Positions 58,920 to 64,000 of a DNA stretch of 64,000 nt are shown here, piece after piece. The stretch is from an uncultured virus (IMG/VR IMGVR_UViG_3300032931_000293) (Duplodnaviria > Heunggongvirae > Uroviricota > Caudoviricetes): the IMG/VR virus record IMGVR_UViG_3300032931_000293; one strand, given 5' to 3'. Every line of letters begins with the position of its first letter. Position 1 is the first letter of the stretch. The notes under the pieces are model-generated. The model did no database searches and was not told the origin of the DNA. It was given only the letters and a program-made list of their open reading frames with translations. The position numbers and the translations under genes are program-made.

Positions 58920-59174
58920 ATGAAACTTTATGCTCCATACGAAAACAGTATTACGATTGGTCAATGGTCGGGATGTCGCACATTGCACCGTGAGGATGGA
59001 TCATCCGTTCATGGTGTTTTGATTGCACCAAGTATTCATGATGTTTTCTTTGATGGGATTGAAGCATTGCGATTGTACGATTTGCACCGTAATGCATTGA
59101 AGGTTGGCACGGTTTCCATGTATTGTGAAACTAAACGGGATAATTGGAAAAAGGGAATTGAATTACCCTCTTGA
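58920..59174 (+). CDS. Small leaderless protein
   Basis: ATG 6 nt after TATAAT; stop inside the next -35 box. Confidence 0.6.
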   Translation: MKLYAPYENSITIGQWSGCRTLHREDGSSVHGVLIAPSIHDVFFDGIEALRLYDLHRNALKVGTVSMYCETKRDNWKKGIELPS

Positions 59175-59218
59175 CAATCCTTCCTAGTCGTTAGGATAAA
59201 TCCCATAAGGAAAACACT

Positions 59219-59434
59219 ATGCGATTCCAAGTCAAAGCATGGAAGGATAACGGGGAACCATATAAGGATGGGACAAGTAGTGTTCAGTTGATTCGGAATA
59301 TATCCGCCATGGATGCACGGCATGCCGTGATGGCAACCTTTCCCAATGCAATGTTTTGTGGATATGTTGGTCATCGTGCTAAGTATTGGGTTCCAACCCT
59401 TCACAATGGCCATGTTATAGCCTATAAGGCTTGA
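59219..59434 (+). CDS. Small early protein
   Basis: AAGGA RBS; stop in TTGAC. Confidence 0.6.
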   Translation: MRFQVKAWKDNGEPYKDGTSSVQLIRNISAMDARHAVMATFPNAMFCGYVGHRAKYWVPTLHNGHVIAYKA

Positions 59435-59572
59435 CTTTTCTTCCTAAACCTTCGAGTAGCCTTCTAAGCCCTTACTGGTTTGGAAGCTACCCTTGAGTAG
59501 TGTGTGATACGGATTATCGAGTAACTTGGAATTAACTACTTGACATTGATTGGAAGGCATTAGACTAAGAGC

Positions 59573-59878
59573 ATGGAAACGATCAAGACTCCCCATGACC
59601 TCAAGTTGAAGGATGGAACTCCGATTCCCAAGGGCAGCACGTTGCTGTTTGTCCGTCACTACGCTGAAGGAACGCTTCAGACCGTGGGAGTTTTCTCCTA
59701 TAAGGGTCGTGAGCTACGCATGCGCTATCGGCATGTTATTAAGGTTCCTAGCGTCAAGAGAATTGATAAGTGGGTTTATGATTCCGTTTGCGAAAGTGTT
59801 TTTGGAAACACTTGTGAACCGGATGGTTATGGGAGTGAAGGCGAGCCTTCATGGTTGCTTGCCTTGGGCTTGGTTTAA
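59573..59878 (+). CDS. Conserved hypothetical phage protein, leaderless
   Basis: W..DSVC....CEPDG....PSWL..LG motif. Confidence 0.65.
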   Translation: METIKTPHDLKLKDGTPIPKGSTLLFVRHYAEGTLQTVGVFSYKGRELRMRYRHVIKVPSVKRIDKWVYDSVCESVFGNTCEPDGYGSEGEPSWLLALGLV

Positions 59879-59915
59879 CCTCTTGACATCCACGGAAACG
59901 TGATAGGATACATAC

Positions 59916-60437
59916 ATGAACACCAACACCCTCCCCGTCACCAATGAGCCGAGCCTTGCGAGTGTTCCCATTGATTTGCCTTTGGGATTGGTTAAAATGC
60001 TCTCTTACAAAGGGACTTTTTGTTCCATTAAGATGCAACGGCCTATGAAAATGCGGAAGGGCCGGGCTGAAATTGTTAAGATTTCACAATTCACCGTGCG
60101 AGTCGGGGTTTCTTATGATTCTCAAATCGGGGTAAAGGAACGTCGGGAAAATGGGGAGTTGCCGGAAGAAAATGCCGGCTTAATCGGTCGGGAATGGATT
60201 ATCCCCAATTATATTTTGCGGAGCCTTAAATCCGGAAAAATGATGATCCGAGTGACTCCGGTCCATAATGATGCTTGTAAGCGATTGGTTGAGTATATTC
60301 GCAATGGTAAGTCAATCTCAAAGGGTGAAGCGGAGATAGATTGCCTTGCAAGTGAATTTGCGGATCGTGGTGATTGGAAAGGCGCAATGGATATAACGGC
60401 GGAATACATTACAGAAGTAAATGGTGAAGTAGTTTGA
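59916..60437 (+). CDS. Early protein, leaderless
   Basis: ATG 6 nt after TAGGAT; terminator follows. Confidence 0.65.
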   Translation: MNTNTLPVTNEPSLASVPIDLPLGLVKMLSYKGTFCSIKMQRPMKMRKGRAEIVKISQFTVRVGVSYDSQIGVKERRENGELPEENAGLIGREWIIPNYILRSLKSGKMMIRVTPVHNDACKRLVEYIRNGKSISKGEAEIDCLASEFADRGDWKGAMDITAEYITEVNGEVV

Positions 60438-60441
60438 AGTA

Positions 60442-60480
60442 AATAAAAGTGGCTTAGAGTAATTCTAAGCCACTTTTATT
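60442..60480. terminator. Bidirectional terminator, perfect 17-bp inverted repeat
   Basis: AATAAAAGTGGCTTAGA/TCTAAGCCACTTTTATT. Confidence 0.8.
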
Positions 60481-61620
60481 ATTAGATATATACTGTGTGA
60501 TACATTGCTCAAGGAAAACCAATGGTTCTTTTTCGTAATATGGTATTTCAATAAGATGGATATTGTTTTTATTGCAATACTCTTTTTTAATATTATCATT
60601 ATATTTAATTCGTTCAAATGTTTTTTCACCACCCCAACCTTTAATTGGTTTAAAATGTTGTTCTCCTTGATATTCAATTGCTATCTTGTAATTAGATATA
60701 TAAAAGTCAAATGGTAATTTATTTTTCTTTCCTCTACAATCATCAAAGGACTTTTGCGGTTCAAATAATATATTTTTTCTTTTTAAATAATTATATATTA
60801 GTTTTTCCCCTTTTGATTTTTTACATATTGGGCATCCGCATTGTATTCCAATATGACTAAGAGAATTTTGTAAGAATTCTCCATGAATTGGACAAATTAT
60901 TATTCCTTTTGTTTGAGCATTTACATAAATAAATTTATCGTAGCGATAGAGATTATTATGAATTTTATTAGCTCTTTCTATAAATTCTTCAAGTGTCTTT
61001 CTAGTTTTATTTCCATTACTATCCAAATAACAGTTTCTACACCCACAATGTGAAAGATGTTGGTCGGGTGGTTGCTCAAATATCCCATGTTTACTACATA
61101 TTATTTTTATTGGTGTTTGGGAGTCAATGTATTGGGATACACTATAATCATATCTATCTCCGTGAATCTCTTTTGCTTTTGAGATAAAATCCAATAAATT
61201 TCCTCTAGTTTTTAGTACTTTTTCCATTATTCCACATTTTCTACATCCCTTTCCGTATATATGAGTGTGAGCCGTTTGTTCAAAAATTCCATGGATAGGG
61301 CAAATTATCTTGACTTTTCTTTCTGATCCTATATATTCCACCAAACTATAGTCATACTTACTTTTATGTTTTAAAGTGGAAATGTCAATAAACTTTTGTG
61401 TTGTGAGTGTTGTTTTTTCAATATTTACTAATTTTCCACATTTTTTACAACCATATTTCCTATGACAATCGGGAGTTTGTTCAAATTCTCCATGAATTGG
61501 ACAAATTATCTTGATTTTAGTGTAAGCATTCTTATAAACAACTAAAGAATAATCGTACTTATTTTTGTGAAATAATTTAGATCTATTAATAAATTCATCT
61601 TGTGTTAACGCTTTAGGCAT
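60454..61620 (-). CDS. Homing endonuclease with DUF723-like Zn repeats and C-terminal PD-(D/E)xK domain
   Basis: Four YDYS..Y......IICPIHG.F.Q repeats; LPFDFY...IEYQGEQH; AT-rich, opposite strand. Confidence 0.8.
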   Translation of the reverse strand: MPKALTQDEFINRSKLFHKNKYDYSLVVYKNAYTKIKIICPIHGEFEQTPDCHRKYGCKKCGKLVNIEKTTLTTQKFIDISTLKHKSKYDYSLVEYIGSERKVKIICPIHGIFEQTAHTHIYGKGCRKCGIMEKVLKTRGNLLDFISKAKEIHGDRYDYSVSQYIDSQTPIKIICSKHGIFEQPPDQHLSHCGCRNCYLDSNGNKTRKTLEEFIERANKIHNNLYRYDKFIYVNAQTKGIIICPIHGEFLQNSLSHIGIQCGCPICKKSKGEKLIYNYLKRKNILFEPQKSFDDCRGKKNKLPFDFYISNYKIAIEYQGEQHFKPIKGWGGEKTFERIKYNDNIKKEYCNKNNIHLIEIPYYEKEPLVFLEQCITQYISNNKSGLELL

Positions 61621-61771
61621 ATATTCTCCTGATAGGTAAAAGAAGTGAGAGGTAAGCCGTACTCATCAGGTTTCGGGCAGGGGTAATTAAGCCTTGTCCC
61701 TCTCATTCCTTATTTATTATACCACTTGACTTATCCAAAATAACTCATATACTTCCTCCAAAGGAACCTAT

Positions 61772-61984
61772 ATGAACCGTAAGCAGGCACTTATTGAAGA
61801 TCATAAGGAGTTACTCGAAATCCGCTTGAAGAGTATTAAGAGGGATTGGAGTAACCGTAATAAGCCTCGATTTGATAGAGATTTGCTTAAGTGGCTTATT
61901 GGTGAAGCAAAAACCCATAAGCACATGATTGTGCAACTTTCCGAGTTGCCGAATGCGCCATTTGACTTTTGTGGAAGCTGGTGA
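61772..61984 (+). CDS. Small early protein
   Basis: Promoter 61726, AAGGA RBS. Confidence 0.6.
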   Translation: MNRKQALIEDHKELLEIRLKSIKRDWSNRNKPRFDRDLLKWLIGEAKTHKHMIVQLSELPNAPFDFCGSW

Positions 61985-62158
61985 TCCTTTTAGTTCAACA
62001 ATTGGACATTGTGACATACCTTGCTATAGTTAATAGCAAGGTTATGGTTGTTTACGAGTGGGAGAATAACCTGGCATTGCACTTTCATATCATTGAAAGG
62101 AAATTAGTGCTTGACACCGAGACAATTGAAGTAGACTTAGAAACATAAGGAGTATATT

Positions 62159-62356
62159 ATGTGGATAAACATTAAAGAGAAACTACCTGAAATCCATAAA
62201 GAAGTTTTGGTTTGGGTTGATGGTCATCGAAGGCCTGCTTGGAGTAATAACTATGCACTAGTTGCATATATGGAAAGTGATGGAGTGTTTTGGGAAGAGA
62301 TGCATGACGAAATTGTTATTGGTGTCACTCATTGGATGGAATATCAAAAGCCTTGA
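62159..62356 (+). CDS. DUF551 protein
   Basis: WINIKEKLPE...VLV...VTHWM. Confidence 0.75.
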   Translation: MWINIKEKLPEIHKEVLVWVDGHRRPAWSNNYALVAYMESDGVFWEEMHDEIVIGVTHWMEYQKP

Positions 62357-62397
62357 CTTCCTCAAAAGCCACATAAGCTACTCTCAAGGAAACCATC

Positions 62398-62631
62398 ATG
62401 CAAGATTCTATCATCGTCTATCGTAATCCTATGGAAAAGGCTATGTGGGAAAGCGGGAATATGCACCTTGGTATCATTTTCGCTATTACCATGGGAATTA
62501 CCTTTTTCCTAGTTTACAAGGGACTTGAAAAGATTACCGGGGAGAAGTGGAATCAACCTAATTGGTTCCTTTGGGTTAGTGGAACCCTTGGAGTTATTGC
62601 GGGTGTTGCCGCTTGTTGGTTTATCGGCTGA
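62398..62631 (+). CDS. Two-TM membrane protein
   Basis: IIVYRNPME...W; two hydrophobic helices. Confidence 0.6.
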   Translation: MQDSIIVYRNPMEKAMWESGNMHLGIIFAITMGITFFLVYKGLEKITGEKWNQPNWFLWVSGTLGVIAGVAACWFIG

Positions 62632-62654
62632 CCTAAAACACAAGGAACATTATA

Positions 62655-62951
62655 ATGCGTATTATTATTTGTCTTATTATTTCTATTGCGATTACCGGTT
62701 GTGCCCCTAGCATCGGGGAAGTTCAGCAAGTAGGTATCACTGACCAAAAAAACGTTATTGAACGAAATGCACCTAAGCCTCGATTTACTATCATATATCA
62801 AGGCAAGTTTTCAGGTGGTGAAGCGGATTTTAAGACATATCGAGCAATTTATACGATTATTGACAATTCAACGGGTCAAGAGTTTCTTGGAATTGAAGGG
62901 GTTGGAGTTTCTAGTTTGACTTCAAGCGGCAAGACTTCTTGCGAAAAGTAA
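62655..62951 (+). CDS. Lipoprotein
   Basis: ITGC lipobox; IIDNSTGQEFL. Confidence 0.6.
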   Translation: MRIIICLIISIAITGCAPSIGEVQQVGITDQKNVIERNAPKPRFTIIYQGKFSGGEADFKTYRAIYTIIDNSTGQEFLGIEGVGVSSLTSSGKTSCEK

Positions 62952-62986
62952 CTTGACATTCCATAAAGCAACATAGAATCAAACCC

Positions 62987-63217
62987 ATGAGCAATCCAAC
63001 TAAAGAATATCTTGAAGGTGAAACTCGGGCAATGGAGGATGATGCGGGAGTTAGTATGCAAAGTCCTTTCGCAAATCCATACGATGAACGGGATGAGCCG
63101 GAAAAGGCTTTCGAGTGGCAATGTGGTTATAACAATTTTAACCATAACCGTAGGAAGAATATGATGGCACAGATGGAGAGTGAAGGAAGTTGGTACGACC
63201 CATACGATTCCCCTTGA
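62987..63217 (+). CDS. Small acidic leaderless protein
   Basis: ATG 7 nt after TAGAAT; NPY......W..GY; stop inside the next -35 box. Confidence 0.6.
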   Translation: MSNPTKEYLEGETRAMEDDAGVSMQSPFANPYDERDEPEKAFEWQCGYNNFNHNRRKNMMAQMESEGSWYDPYDSP

Positions 63218-63246
63218 CTTCTCGAAAAAGACTATAGAATAAGACA

Positions 63247-63565
63247 CATAACCCACAAGGAAGAAACCTTAAGATGCGAATAACAAGCCTGTCCTAACTA
63301 TCTCCTACGATGGTTAGAGGGGCAAAGAGCGTAGGATAGGCTTCGAGTGTTGGATGGTTCCTATGCTCCTCGAAGCGACTTGCTTTCAGCCGGATGGTTT
63401 AGTCAAGCCATTGAACCGAGGATAAGCTTTCATTGGTTAGCAAGGGATTAAAGGCCCTACCCACTTGCCTAGAAAACAAGGGTGATAAGTGAAGCCGAGG
63501 GAATAAGTTGACTTGCTCCAAAGGGCATATAACTAGACGGGGGTTGCTTGGCTCCAACCCCCCGC
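63247..63565 (+). ncRNA. Candidate structured ncRNA of about 320 nt
   Basis: Promoter 63214-63240, no + ORF, consecutive stems, terminal CGGGGGTTG/CAACCCCCG hairpin. Confidence 0.6.
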
Positions 63566-63598
63566 TTGACTTCTTGAAAAAGACTATAGAATAACTCT

Positions 63599-63803
63599 CG
63601 TTGAAAACGATATAGAGTGGCTTAAGAGTGGGACGAGAATCATATGTTGCTAGTACCAACACCATGATATGGATAATCGGCGGGTATCAAACCATAATCC
63701 TATCTAATCAATAGGCAATGTCACTTGGGATAATATCCCTAACACTTCCGGGTGGAACAACCGATAACGGAAACTCAATCCTACTCCTAAGCTACTTTAT
63801 ATC
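63599..63803 (+). ncRNA. Candidate multibranch ncRNA closed by a 25-bp helix
   Basis: Promoter 63566-63592; 63609-63633 pairs with 63779-63803 (21 Watson-Crick, 3 G.U, 1 mismatch). Confidence 0.6.
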
Positions 63804-63900
63804 TTGACAATCCATGAACCGCCTTGGGTCAGAATGACCAAAGTATGTAGCACGATTCATACTAATGTACTCTACCCCAAGACCGTTCATAGATTGCCAA
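63804..63900. repeat. 97-nt imperfect hairpin
   Basis: 31-nt arms with 24 Watson-Crick pairs plus inner AGTATG/CATACT. Confidence 0.75.
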
Positions 63901-64000
63901 AAGTAATCTACCATTCAGGTCATTGAAAGTAGCTTGACTAGCTATCAAGTGAAGGTATGATGCAAAGCGGTTAGCTACTGCAAAGCATGACGTTCAATCC

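Larger units (their letters stand above)
52196..60514. repeat. Dispersed 20-bp site CCTTGA(G)(T/C)(A)(G)TGT(A/G)T(G/C)A(T)AC, 8 copies
   Basis: + at 52196, 52874, 56435, 57506, 58838, 59491; - at 54264, 60495. Confidence 0.85.
52237..63961 (+). promoter_or_regulatory. Array of about 25 sigma70-like promoters TTGAC(A/T)-N15/16-TAnnnT
   Basis: -35 boxes at 52237, 52579, 52912, 53190, 53668, 53873, 54383, 54473, 54850, 55745, 56484, 56751, 57555, 57890, 58232, 58348, 58601, 58887, 59171, 59540, 59883, 61726, 62111, 62353, 62953, 63214, 63566, 63934. Confidence 0.85.

Noticed and set aside
52800..59540. Integron attC sites
   Set aside because: No RYYYAAC/GTTRRRY boxes or integrase; the hairpin checked (59455) has G.U wobbles on the transcribed strand
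52196..60514. CRISPR array from the 20-bp repeats
   Set aside because: Spacing is 0.6-2 kb, intervals contain genes, copies occur in both orientations and no cas genes are present
61655..61680. Hammerhead ribozyme (CTGATGAG and GAAA on the minus strand)
   Set aside because: GAAA lies only 1 nt before the CTGATGA, leaving no room for the stems
1368..63665. Many antisense or nested ORFs in the track (e.g. 4471, 10708, 17595, 24380, 30525, 54004, 56491, 57903, 63399)
   Set aside because: Shadows of better-supported genes or RNAs, with no RBS, promoter or recognisable motif
63960..64000. tRNA (GTTCAATCC resembles a T loop)
   Set aside because: No cloverleaf can be built and the sequence is cut by the window edge; I recognised no tRNA gene in the window
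1..64000. Genome-wide stop-codon reassignment
   Set aside because: Long conserved genes are intact in the standard code, and TAA, TAG and TGA all end genes with tight downstream packing; only two isolated internal stops were seen

Overview
A 64-kb segment of a large dsDNA phage, T4-like in its late promoters (TATAAATA), read with the standard code. 1-8 kb: tail/fibre genes. 8-22 kb (+): metabolic and replication genes (RmlA, RecQ, peptide deformylase, Pth2-like, ThyA with a convergent GIY-YIG endonuclease, DHFR, degenerate ThyX, phosphatases). 22-50.7 kb (mostly -): a histidine kinase plus receiver pair, probable internal head proteins, RNA ligase, ClpS, PRTase, two C5 methyltransferases, a TnpB-only IS200/IS605 element, NADAR, ADP-ribosylglycohydrolase and truncated look-alikes of terminase, portal and prohead protease. 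Near 52.2 kb transcription diverges and the DNA becomes visibly more GC-rich. The last 12 kb is an array of tiny genes behind about 25 TTGAC(A/T)-N15/16-TAnnnT promoters. Many of these genes are leaderless, and the stop codon of the previous gene is often the TGA inside the next -35 box. The array is punctuated by eight copies of a 20-bp semi-palindromic site and holds several structured non-coding RNA candidates (54.1-54.5 kb, 63.2-63.9 kb). All family calls come from recalled motifs; no database search or folding program was run.
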